DNA of 60,094 nucleotides from a phage: the sequence record PZ445424.1. One strand, written 5' to 3'. The position numbers were made by a program, and so were the translations under genes. The notes below the pieces were generated by a model. It did not search any database, had not been told where the DNA came from, and was given only the letters and a program-made list of their open reading frames with translations. Below are positions 29,611 through 38,244 of this stretch, in pieces. The stretch's first letter is position 1; every line of letters starts with the position of its first letter.

Positions 29611-30126
29611 TTACAGGCTATAGTTTACGTGACATTTCGAAGTTTCTTCGATGGTGCATTCTACAAGTTGAACACCATGTTCGTCAAGCAGTTGCGGCCC
29701 AATCACGTTAACCATATATGCAGCTAAGTTTTCCGCAGTTGGGTTGAACGGCAGTGATACCAATGAACCTAAATAATCCATTTGATCCCGATGCGACATA
29801 TTGTCCATAGTTGTCGTATCTACAAATTTATTTAAGCTCTCAATGAGTTGATCATGCTCCCAATGCAGGAACTTATGATCCCAGTTGTTTTCCAGCCACT
29901 GGCAAAGTGTAGTCTTAACCACACTAAAGTCGATAACTCGCCCAACATCGTCCAGTTGCTTAAGGGACGCAAAGTCAGCTTCGTGCATGACTGTATAAGG
30001 AACTTTTGGTGCAACCTTAAAATGAAACTTATAGTTGTGACCGTGAAGATGACGGCACTTGCTTTCATGACCTACAACACGATGTCCGGCGCAAATTTCA
30101 TGTGAACGAATTACTGTATAGCTCAT
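29611..30126 (-). CDS. queD: 6-carboxy-5,6,7,8-tetrahydropterin synthase
   Basis: 171 aa; zinc-binding motif CRHLHGHNY and N-terminal CAGHR typical of QueD/PTPS. Confidence 0.8.
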   Translation of the reverse strand: MSYTVIRSHEICAGHRVVGHESKCRHLHGHNYKFHFKVAPKVPYTVMHEADFASLKQLDDVGRVIDFSVVKTTLCQWLENNWDHKFLHWEHDQLIESLNKFVDTTTMDNMSHRDQMDYLGSLVSLPFNPTAENLAAYMVNVIGPQLLDEHGVQLVECTIEETSKCHVNYSL

Positions 30127-30713
30127 TTTAATACCTCTTTAGACTGTTCGATTTCTAACGCACGCTGTGCGGATGCAATAATATCTTTCAAGTCTTCTAC
30201 CAGACTTTTATGACCGCGTTCGCCAGGCTGCAACGCCTTTTTAATCAAATGTTGTAAAGCTGGGTTAGTTGTTTTCCAAGCTTCCAAGACATCATACACG
30301 TCCACGATGCATTTTACAACATTTCCGTTTTCATCTTTACCATAAATAATTTTCTGATATTTATTCATGGGAATTTTAGATGGTTCGTATTTCGTAAAAA
30401 CTGCACCATTAAATGTATTACTTATGCTTATTTCACTAGAAGGTTGATGATACACTCCGGAGCGAGTATTTTCCCGGGCTTGTTTGACGTAATCATCCGC
30501 AACGATATATCTCCAGGCTATAATATCTTGAATTTTATAAGGGCTATTCTCATCCATAGCTGAACGCCCTTCTATAGCCCAGTCCCATCCATGTAATAGA
30601 TTCTTAACGTGTGTGCCGTTTCGCAAACGAACTTCAAACTTTTCATTGCGAAGAAAGATTGGCATTCCTTTCCCATCGTGCTGGTGCCAAATTTTATTAA
30701 GATTATCTTTCAT
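30123..30713 (-). CDS. Hypothetical protein embedded in deazaguanine cluster
   Basis: About 196 aa (start taken at ATG 30713, weak RBS); no recognisable motif; flanked by queD and the transporter gene. Confidence 0.45.
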   Translation of the reverse strand: MKDNLNKIWHQHDGKGMPIFLRNEKFEVRLRNGTHVKNLLHGWDWAIEGRSAMDENSPYKIQDIIAWRYIVADDYVKQARENTRSGVYHQPSSEISISNTFNGAVFTKYEPSKIPMNKYQKIIYGKDENGNVVKCIVDVYDVLEAWKTTNPALQHLIKKALQPGERGHKSLVEDLKDIIASAQRALEIEQSKEVLK

Positions 30714-30715
30714 TT

Positions 30716-31195
30716 TTACGCTCTCGCTGTACGTGAATGAACTTCGTAAACAACCCAAAGGATGGCAGATGCTGTGAACTTACTTAAGCTCATTGCTACC
30801 ATCGATCCTGGATTAACAATACCTATAATACTTAAGAACACAATGGAGTCAATCGGTACAGCTACCAAAGAGCTAATAAATACACGTTGATGAAACGGCT
30901 TCTTAGTAATCGTGTATACCGCATAGTCCGCAAACTCGCTAAGAGCAAAGGATGCAACGGATGCAACTACAACAGCAGGATCCCCAAATACCCAGCTAAG
31001 GATGCAACCCACAATCATTGCAGGAATAACGCCTTTGCCAGCGTTACGCTGTGCGTAGTCACGCAACACAAAGATAATACCTACAAAGAAAGCCATCATC
31101 GGGACTACGCCAAGAGGCGTATTGAGCATTGGAAGGTAGGAAAAGCCCAGGTTTACGAATGTAATTGCAGCCAGATAAGCGACGATAAATTTCAT
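30716..31195 (-). CDS. Queuosine-precursor transporter, YhhQ/DUF165-like membrane protein
   Basis: Start refined to ATG 31195 (RBS GGAGAA). Multi-TM protein; FFVGIIFVLRDYAQRNAG and VPIDSIVFL resemble conserved YhhQ segments (FLATDLTVRIFG, NVSDTLAFF). Confidence 0.55.
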   Translation of the reverse strand: MKFIVAYLAAITFVNLGFSYLPMLNTPLGVVPMMAFFVGIIFVLRDYAQRNAGKGVIPAMIVGCILSWVFGDPAVVVASVASFALSEFADYAVYTITKKPFHQRVFISSLVAVPIDSIVFLSIIGIVNPGSMVAMSLSKFTASAILWVVYEVHSRTARA

Positions 31196-31315
31196 ACTTT
31201 TGTTCTCCAGTTTTAACAGCGTTATTCGCTGGTTGTTGGGTTTAAAAGCTTTAGTAGTATAGTTGGGTTCCCGCACCCTAAACAATGCGCTAGCGGTGCG
31301 GTTTTCTTGGTAAGA

Positions 31316-32023
31316 TCAAGCTTTGCTAATAAATTCGCTGTACCCTTTAGCACGCAGTTTGCACGCAGGACATTCACCGCAACCATAACCCCAGTCATGC
31401 AGAGTACGACGGACGCCGTTATAGCAAGTATGGGACTGTTCAATTACTGTGGTTAAGAAGCCAACCTTATCCGCCAGCTCAAACGTTTCTGCTTTATTTA
31501 AACGCATAAGCGGGGTAACGAAATGAATATCTGTTTCATATCCAACGTTTAACGTAGCTTCAAGCAAGTCTACAAACTGCTGGCGGCAATCCGGATAACC
31601 GCTATAGTCTGTTTCACAGACGCCTGTAACCACATATCGGGCACCAACTTTCTGCGCGTAGGCGTGCGCGGTAGTCAGGAAAAGAGCATTACGGTTTGGC
31701 ACAAAGCTTGCTGGAAGGTTGTTGTGCTGTTCGTGATGTTCGTTAACATCACCTTCGTTCCCAATTAAAGCGCTATTGCCAATCTGTTTCAAAGCAGGTA
31801 ATTCAAAGACAACAAATGGGACATCGTGCTCTTTACAAATTTGATTAGCACAAGCCAGCTCAATGTTATGACGTTGACCGTATGCAAAACCAATAGCGTA
31901 GACCTTATCATAGTTATTAAGGGCAAGACCCAAACAGGTCACGCTGTCCTGGCCGCCAGACAGGACGACAACGGCGGAGTTATGATTTTTTACAGGGAAT
32001 ACCAGTTTATCTAACTTATTCAT
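31316..32023 (-). CDS. queC: 7-cyano-7-deazaguanine synthase
   Basis: 235 aa; PP-loop VVLSGGQDSVTC; C-terminal zinc motif CGECPAC; not fused to an amidotransferase domain. Confidence 0.85.
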   Translation of the reverse strand: MNKLDKLVFPVKNHNSAVVVLSGGQDSVTCLGLALNNYDKVYAIGFAYGQRHNIELACANQICKEHDVPFVVFELPALKQIGNSALIGNEGDVNEHHEQHNNLPASFVPNRNALFLTTAHAYAQKVGARYVVTGVCETDYSGYPDCRQQFVDLLEATLNVGYETDIHFVTPLMRLNKAETFELADKVGFLTTVIEQSHTCYNGVRRTLHDWGYGCGECPACKLRAKGYSEFISKA

Positions 32024-32024
32024 T

Positions 32025-32213
32025 TTAGAAACCTTTAAGGCTAATATTAAGGTTAACGACTACTTGTTCAACTACATCTTCAGAGGTCATCTGACGCTTA
32101 TGAATTTCAAGCTCCGAGTATATTTTCTTGGATGCAGCACGACAAATAGCGTCATTTAACTCGTCCTGTAAACGTTGAATTTTCTGCATAAGAATTACAG
32201 TCTCTTCATTCAT
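32025..32213 (-). CDS. Hypothetical protein
   Basis: 62 aa ORF between queE and queC. Confidence 0.35.
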   Translation of the reverse strand: MNEETVILMQKIQRLQDELNDAICRAASKKIYSELEIHKRQMTSEDVVEQVVVNLNISLKGF

Positions 32214-32418
32214 CTTCTACACCTTTAATATGGCAAGGGTTGATTGTTACGTTTGACATCACAATTGGATGATTGCGTGCCCCGATTGTACTAACGTGAT
32301 TAATATCTAATTCAACATGCACACCCTGCATAGTAGCGTGAGCAATTGCAGAATTAAGTTTTTCTACCAGCTCAGTGATCATTTCCTGATGCTGTTTCGC
32401 TTCTTCCAAAGTGATCAT
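32206..32418 (-). CDS. Hypothetical protein
   Basis: 70 aa ORF. Confidence 0.35.
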   Translation of the reverse strand: MITLEEAKQHQEMITELVEKLNSAIAHATMQGVHVELDINHVSTIGARNHPIVMSNVTINPCHIKGVEDE

Positions 32419-32676
32419 TTAAACCTCCGTTAATGTTTGAGTCCAGTCTAAGCCTTCAAGGTCTACATCAGCTATTTCATCGTACTCGTAAGCTCCCGGA
32501 TCTGCTGGCAGCCATCTATCAAATCGATGGCTGAGTTCTGGAGGAATTGCTTCATACCCCCAAACCTTCCCATCCTTGTCGGCTGCTAGATAATCAACTC
32601 GACTTGGAACGGTTAAAGTGACACCACAAAAATTAACATCTTTAGTATGCACAACCTGACTTAACACACGCATCAT
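32419..32676 (-). CDS. Hypothetical protein (paralog of 54548-54847)
   Basis: 85 aa; shares DGKV...Y.A.P and VDLEG-DW--TL-E motifs with the + strand ORF at 54548. Confidence 0.4.
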   Translation of the reverse strand: MMRVLSQVVHTKDVNFCGVTLTVPSRVDYLAADKDGKVWGYEAIPPELSHRFDRWLPADPGAYEYDEIADVDLEGLDWTQTLTEV

Positions 32677-33380
32677 TCAACCCCAATATATTTGTGAACC
32701 TGAAGCTGCAAAGTGTACCCGTGTTTCATACAGCTTTGGACAACGGCTTGGATATTACTGTGGTTAAGGTCTTCATCCTGCTCGTCCATTGGCTGTAAAT
32801 ATATCTTACCCTTGAACCCCTTCGGAGGTCTAGCGATAAATGGCGTAGCTTGATGATCTAATGCTTGAAGAGGTAAACCGTCTTCCACGTTTACACAGCA
32901 CGCTTTAAGTACATATTTAAATGCATTAGCTCGGTACAGCACAGAAGGATGAATCTTTGAGGTTTTAGGACTACATACAATCACAGGCAACTGTGAAAAG
33001 TTCTTAGGTAAAGGCATAGACCCATTAGTTTCAATCTGCACCAAATAGCCGCGCGATAACAGTTGTTCAATAAACGGGTTAATTTGCTGACGGAACGGTT
33101 CACCCCCAGTGATAACCACAAGTGAGGTGGTATTACCAGATTCCAACTTGCGGCTTTCAATTAAACGCATAATATCGACAATGTGATAAAGACTACGACC
33201 AACAGTATAATCTGTATCACAGCCCGGACATTGCAGGTTACACCCAGCAAGTCGCACAAATACAGCAGGTTGGCCGCAGAACGGACCTTCACCCTGAATG
33301 GTAGAGAATACCGAATGCACGTCTAAATACATATCGTTTTCTTTAGAACGAGACTCGGGAGCTTGTTGATTAATATTCAT
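32673..33380 (-). CDS. queE: 7-carboxy-7-deazaguanine synthase (radical SAM)
   Basis: 235 aa; CNLQCPGC (Cx3Cx2C) cluster motif and VVITGGEP SAM-binding motif; RBS AGAGGA. Confidence 0.8.
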   Translation of the reverse strand: MNINQQAPESRSKENDMYLDVHSVFSTIQGEGPFCGQPAVFVRLAGCNLQCPGCDTDYTVGRSLYHIVDIMRLIESRKLESGNTTSLVVITGGEPFRQQINPFIEQLLSRGYLVQIETNGSMPLPKNFSQLPVIVCSPKTSKIHPSVLYRANAFKYVLKACCVNVEDGLPLQALDHQATPFIARPPKGFKGKIYLQPMDEQDEDLNHSNIQAVVQSCMKHGYTLQLQVHKYIGVE

Positions 33381-33449
33381 CTTAAATCCTCTAGTGAAAA
33401 AGAAAGCGCCTCATTGGGCGCCTTCATTATAACGTGATATGTTTTGATA

Positions 33450-34250
33450 TTACAAGCCGTTCAAGGCTTCCGGTACTGGTACAGGTACGCGACCAGTCAC
33501 ACCATTAAATTTCTTCCAGCGTGCATACTGGGTTTTAACGGTATCTTCGTTCAGACCATGTCGACCAGCCAGGTTCAGAACATAAGAGATCGGAGCAGGC
33601 TGACCCAGCGTAGCGCTAATCTGGTCCATCAGAGCCCAAGCACGACCGCAGGAAGTTTCCGGTTGCGGACGACGAACACCGTTCTGTTCCGGCATACGAT
33701 TAGCTTCTTTTTCTTTCTCGCGGAGCTCTTTAGCGCGCGCTTTTTCCGCTTCTTTTTCTGCCTGTTTTGCAGCACGGATCTTGTCTTTGAAGCCTTTAAT
33801 AGTAGCTTCCAGACCATCCACCAGACCCTGAGCAGAAGTTACAGCACCAGACAGGTCTTCACCTTTAGACTTCTTAACGACAGCTTTCAGCTCTTTCAGA
33901 GCTTCTTTAATGGTCTTCAGGTTTGCAGATCCCTGAGTTTCTGCTTCCGTGATCTGTTCAACAGTGCTTTCGTCGGTGACGGTAGCCAAAGAGTTTTTCA
34001 GAATATCAGCAGCGTTAGCAATCGCATTAAATTTGTTTTCCGCTTCAATGCGGATTTCAGCTTGTTTCTTTTCAGCGGCAGCTTTTTTCTCTGCTTCTTT
34101 TTTCTCTTTTGCTACGCGTGCAGCTTCAGCAGCAGCGGCTTTCTTAGCTTCTGCGTCATTCACAGTAGCTTCTTTCTTTGCAGGTTTAGCAGATTTTGCA
34201 GCGGCAGCGGCGGCTGCGGCAGCAGCTTTTTTGTCTTCAATGTTGCTCAT
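33450..34250 (-). CDS. Ala/Lys/Glu-rich low-complexity protein with structured C-terminal domain
   Basis: Start refined to ATG 34250 (GGAGTG RBS). Poly-Ala run and KAAAEKK repeats encoded by GCN-rich DNA; the overlapping + strand ORF is an antisense shadow. Confidence 0.5.
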   Translation of the reverse strand: MSNIEDKKAAAAAAAAAAKSAKPAKKEATVNDAEAKKAAAAEAARVAKEKKEAEKKAAAEKKQAEIRIEAENKFNAIANAADILKNSLATVTDESTVEQITEAETQGSANLKTIKEALKELKAVVKKSKGEDLSGAVTSAQGLVDGLEATIKGFKDKIRAAKQAEKEAEKARAKELREKEKEANRMPEQNGVRRPQPETSCGRAWALMDQISATLGQPAPISYVLNLAGRHGLNEDTVKTQYARWKKFNGVTGRVPVPVPEALNGL

Positions 34251-34377
34251 TCTCTTCACTCCGAATTGTTATGGGTTCGTTTGTTACCAACGGGGTTAAA
34301 TGTACCAAAGGATTTTGTGACACGCAACCCCTTATCTGAACATTTTTAAAAATATTTTTGATCAAGCTTAGAACTTA

Positions 34378-34872
34378 CTAGCTCTTTGCCCCTCTGCCCG
34401 GCGTCCATGCGGCTTGCAATGCGGGTTGCTCACAAACGACCCTGGCACCGGAAATAATACCACCCTCCCGTTCAGCATCGTATTTGACACGGGCAGGTTT
34501 CCAAAGTCCTTCATCCATTGACGGAACGTATTGCCCAATTTGAGGTGAGCAAAAGCCTTGGATATCGTATTCCACACAGAATTCGGCTTGTGCGCTGATT
34601 TGGGTGTGATCCATGATTGTTTCTGGAAGTTGCGTAAAGTAATCAAACAAAATGCGCTCAACGATTTCCCGTTCATAAGGTGCAGCTCCTAAGTTTTCTG
34701 TCAAGTTAATATAAAGCATTTGAAGATCAACATCTTCAAGATCGTGTAAATCGTCTACTGGTGTTACCAGTGTTGACTCAGGGCAACAAATAATTCCAAG
34801 TTGGTGTAGTGTCAGCCAATTGGGATGCTTTGCCAAGAGTTCAAATTTATCTGTATCAATCAGGACGTACAT
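34378..34872 (-). CDS. Hypothetical protein
   Basis: 164 aa ORF. Confidence 0.4.
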   Translation of the reverse strand: MYVLIDTDKFELLAKHPNWLTLHQLGIICCPESTLVTPVDDLHDLEDVDLQMLYINLTENLGAAPYEREIVERILFDYFTQLPETIMDHTQISAQAEFCVEYDIQGFCSPQIGQYVPSMDEGLWKPARVKYDAEREGGIISGARVVCEQPALQAAWTPGRGAKS

Positions 34873-35291
34873 TGTTCAGCTTCCTTTAACATTAGAAAGA
34901 CAATCATAACCGCGCGAAAGGGTCTTGCATCTGTATATTCGAATCCAGTCACCTTTACCCCCAACCAAGACATATCAATGTCTGTAGTTGCTGTCCATCC
35001 ACGATCGGTAGAAAGAAGACTTATGTTATTTTCTTCAAGGATAGACAAACCTTGAGAAGCATTTGAACAAGGATCAAAGTCAATTCTAACAGGCTCCCCA
35101 TCGCTAAAGTACGCACTGTCAATATTCGTATAATCTAGAATGAAAGGCCCATCCTCATCAATTTGAATGTCACAGTATCTTGCCACTAATGTATTGATTT
35201 CAGAGTCTGTAAGTTTGCTGTAATCCGTCATTTTTCTAACCCTATAAATAAGTAATGCCCCAATAGTAGGGGCATTAGATGTTGAAGTCAA
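34860..35291 (-). CDS. Hypothetical protein
   Basis: 143 aa acidic ORF. Confidence 0.4.
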   Translation of the reverse strand: MTSTSNAPTIGALLIYRVRKMTDYSKLTDSEINTLVARYCDIQIDEDGPFILDYTNIDSAYFSDGEPVRIDFDPCSNASQGLSILEENNISLLSTDRGWTATTDIDMSWLGVKVTGFEYTDARPFRAVMIVFLMLKEAEQCTS

Positions 35292-37274
35292 TTAGAACGG
35301 GACGTAATCCGGATCATCTACTTGTACAGGATTAACCACATTATTCACTGTTATGCCTTGCGTATTCTGTGAAACAATATCATCCCAGCTCACATCATCG
35401 TTATAGCTTGGACCTTCGGTTGTTCCATCCTGCCCGTATACTTTAACCTGAATAGCTTCGTCGTCCTGCGGTGCTTCAAACTTACCGAAACACGTACCAT
35501 CATAATCATAGTTCAATATTTCAGGCCATTTCTTATTGGTATGAACTTTGATGTATTTCGGCGTTTTGAGCATTGCAGCAACATCAAGAGCTTCTTCAAT
35601 AGTTTGTGGTAAAGGAAGATGAGTCCTTTTCTTCCACCATGCAACCGCTTTACGACCTGCCCAGTCACCGTGAAGTAGAGCTACCCATTCGCTGAATATT
35701 TTACTACCGCAATAATAAGTCACCTTCATTGTTGGAGGTTTGGAGCTGTCATTGCGTTTAGTGTGCTTCGCATAAGTGACATGCGTAACTTTAAAGTCTT
35801 CAACTACCGGAATGTCCTGTTTGATCAGTGCTTCTGTACTTGCCGCCTTTTTAAGTTTCGTCTGGAACTTAAACTCATGACCGCAAAATCCTTCTTTAAC
35901 ATAATCCGTTCCACGTAGTCTGAATCCCTTCAAATATAATTGTTGAGCTTGTTCCTGTGTAACGCTGTCCATAGGAATTGGTGCAAAGCCACCGCAATAG
36001 CGAGCAGATGCATGATTATACGACCCGCACACATCGCATTCTTTAACCGGAGCAGTACCAGCACCTTTTTCGCCCGGGCGCTTGGGTTTAACAGGGTCGT
36101 TAATAGGGCCCAAACGGCGCGTATTACCGCTGAAATCCAGTACAAGGCAGTTTTGCTTGGGGCTTGCTGCAATAGCTTGCAAGCGGCCTTCCTGCGTGGA
36201 AAGATCAAAGCCTTCAGCGTATACCGGACGCGTACCGCGACCCAGCATCTGAACCCATAGCACCGCCGACGCAGTGGGGCGAAGCATAATAATCAGATCA
36301 AGCATCGGATGGTCGAAACCTGTGGTTAGGACGTTGTTATTCGTCAACGCTCGAAACTCTCCACGCTTGAACTTTTCAATAATTTCATCACGCTCTTTTG
36401 CATCAAGCTTTGAATGGATACATCCGCAACTAATACCCATATCGTTCAGCATATCACACGCGTCTTTAGCGTGTTCAATGCCAGAACAAAATATAAGCCA
36501 GCTTTGGCGGTCTTCACCACATTCAATGGCTTCCTCAAGCGCGCGGAGTGTTGCATCGTCGCGGTTCACCGCGCTTTGCAGCTCACTCTGGATAAACTCA
36601 CCGCCGCGTTTACCTACCCCGTTGAGGTCCAGCTCCATCTTAGTACGCTTTGGTACAACCGGAAGAAGATAACCTTGCTCCAGGAACCAGTTGAAGGCTT
36701 CCGGAGTAGTTGCATCGAACGTTACCTTATCAAATAACGCATCATCGTCTTCGTTTTCCTTAACGATTGAACCATACCCCAGTCGATAAGGTGTAGCGGT
36801 AAGACCGATGATTTTTAAATACGGGTTAACTTCACGCAATGCTGCAAAGAACTTCTTATACATTGTTGCATCACGCGGACTAATAAGGTGCGCTTCATCC
36901 ACAAAGATTAGATCAACCTTGCCGAACTTTTTAGGATGCTTAGCGACGGAAGCAATCCCCGCAAATGTGATAAGATTATAAACTTCTTTACGCTTCAAAC
37001 CTGCACTGTAAATACCTGCTGGCGCTTCAGGCCAGACTTTCATTAATTTATCATAGTTTTGCGCAATCAACTCTTTGACGTGAGTTAACATCATTACGCG
37101 CTGGTTTGGATACCATTTATAAAGCAGATCGAGGAACCCCGCGATAACGAGCGATTTTCCTGTCCCTGTTGGTAACAGGATCAAAGGGTTCCCCGCGTTA
37201 CCCTTTTCAGCATCAAAATAGCGGAATACGCTATAAACTGCTTCCTGTTGATAATCGCGGAGCTGCATAATCAA
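35292..37274 (-). CDS. DNA helicase, superfamily 2 (DEAH box) with C-terminal Cys cluster
   Basis: 660 aa; DYQQEAV, Walker A LLPTGTGKS, DEAH box (FVDEAHLIS), TATPYR motif; C-terminal CDVCGSYNHASARYCGG zinc-ribbon-like. Confidence 0.7.
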   Translation of the reverse strand: MIMQLRDYQQEAVYSVFRYFDAEKGNAGNPLILLPTGTGKSLVIAGFLDLLYKWYPNQRVMMLTHVKELIAQNYDKLMKVWPEAPAGIYSAGLKRKEVYNLITFAGIASVAKHPKKFGKVDLIFVDEAHLISPRDATMYKKFFAALREVNPYLKIIGLTATPYRLGYGSIVKENEDDDALFDKVTFDATTPEAFNWFLEQGYLLPVVPKRTKMELDLNGVGKRGGEFIQSELQSAVNRDDATLRALEEAIECGEDRQSWLIFCSGIEHAKDACDMLNDMGISCGCIHSKLDAKERDEIIEKFKRGEFRALTNNNVLTTGFDHPMLDLIIMLRPTASAVLWVQMLGRGTRPVYAEGFDLSTQEGRLQAIAASPKQNCLVLDFSGNTRRLGPINDPVKPKRPGEKGAGTAPVKECDVCGSYNHASARYCGGFAPIPMDSVTQEQAQQLYLKGFRLRGTDYVKEGFCGHEFKFQTKLKKAASTEALIKQDIPVVEDFKVTHVTYAKHTKRNDSSKPPTMKVTYYCGSKIFSEWVALLHGDWAGRKAVAWWKKRTHLPLPQTIEEALDVAAMLKTPKYIKVHTNKKWPEILNYDYDGTCFGKFEAPQDDEAIQVKVYGQDGTTEGPSYNDDVSWDDIVSQNTQGITVNNVVNPVQVDDPDYVPF

Positions 37275-38179
37275 TCTTTCCCGTAATAGTTAGCTACTTG
37301 ATAGTTTTGACAACCAACTTTTTGACCCTGAGTATCTACTGCAACGGAATGGAAATTGCAATACCATGTTCCATCATCTTTTGGCTCAAGAAATTGACAT
37401 GTGCGACAGTTTACTTCCGGCATAGTTTTACGCCAGCACAATGAGGAGTGGTCACACCATTTGCATTCGAAGAAGGTAGAGTCTTTGAATGCACGGTCAG
37501 GAATATCAGTAGCAATAGCAATCTGCACACCACGATCAATATACATGTCCGCAGTGACCGGATCAAATGGAATAATTTCTGCGTAAACTTCATCATCGTT
37601 CTTGTTTACAGCAAGATATAACGCTGCGCCAAGTCCAAGCTTTCGCATGTACACGTTCATCTGTACATAGTGCTCAGGTTTAGCTTCTTTGACACCTTTA
37701 GCTTTCAGCTTCTTGAAAGACTTATCATTATGGGTCTTCATTTCAGTAAGCACAGGCATTCCAGGCTGCACGTCCGGACAACCTATAACCACACCATCGC
37801 AGGAACCGCCAAAGTGTCCACCCGCTTCACTGATACGGAACTGGTGTCCGTTTTCATCCTGCTGGTAGACCTGCATACCTGCCGCAAGAAGCATAGCAAT
37901 AAAGCGCGCTTCTTCCAGATGTCCGCGGTTAAATAAGCGGAGCTGGCGTCCATCAAACTCTTTACGCGTAGCCCAGCGATATCCGTAGAACAGCTTGCGA
38001 GCACATTGCTGTCCAATAAGGGAAGCACCTAAGTGGCTGCGATTTCCGCTTTCAGGACGATATGCGTCTTCAATTGTGGGAATAACTACGCCGAGATATT
38101 TACGGTAAGTCCCACCCTGATCTTTTTGCACACCGTCATTGATTGCTTGAAGTGTTTTTTCTGCAATATAAATAGCCAT
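37271..38179 (-). CDS. PD-(D/E)xK exonuclease, RecB/Cas4-like with predicted Fe-S cysteines
   Basis: 302 aa; D...EMK core, QxxxY motif (HYVQMNVY), N-terminal Cys plus C-terminal Cys cluster CKWCDHSSLC...C. Confidence 0.55.
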   Translation of the reverse strand: MAIYIAEKTLQAINDGVQKDQGGTYRKYLGVVIPTIEDAYRPESGNRSHLGASLIGQQCARKLFYGYRWATRKEFDGRQLRLFNRGHLEEARFIAMLLAAGMQVYQQDENGHQFRISEAGGHFGGSCDGVVIGCPDVQPGMPVLTEMKTHNDKSFKKLKAKGVKEAKPEHYVQMNVYMRKLGLGAALYLAVNKNDDEVYAEIIPFDPVTADMYIDRGVQIAIATDIPDRAFKDSTFFECKWCDHSSLCWRKTMPEVNCRTCQFLEPKDDGTWYCNFHSVAVDTQGQKVGCQNYQVANYYGKD

Positions 38180-38244
38180 TGGAGTACCTTAGAAAAATAA
38201 GCCGTCTTTCGACGGCTTAGGGACACTACAGAGGGAGGGTTAAC

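Noticed and set aside
31196-31315. Possible preQ1 riboswitch upstream of the YhhQ-like transporter gene
   Set aside because: Hairpins are present (CCGCACC...GGTGCGG and CAGCG-AAUAA-CGCUG) but I could not match the preQ1-I consensus (short P1 stem with C-rich 3' strand and A-rich tail forming a pseudoknot); an Infernal/Rfam scan is needed.
33444-34349. + strand 301-aa ORF rich in Phe/Ser overlapping the Ala/Lys-rich - strand gene
   Set aside because: Antisense shadow of a low-complexity GCN-repeat gene; no RBS, and all flanking genes are on the - strand.
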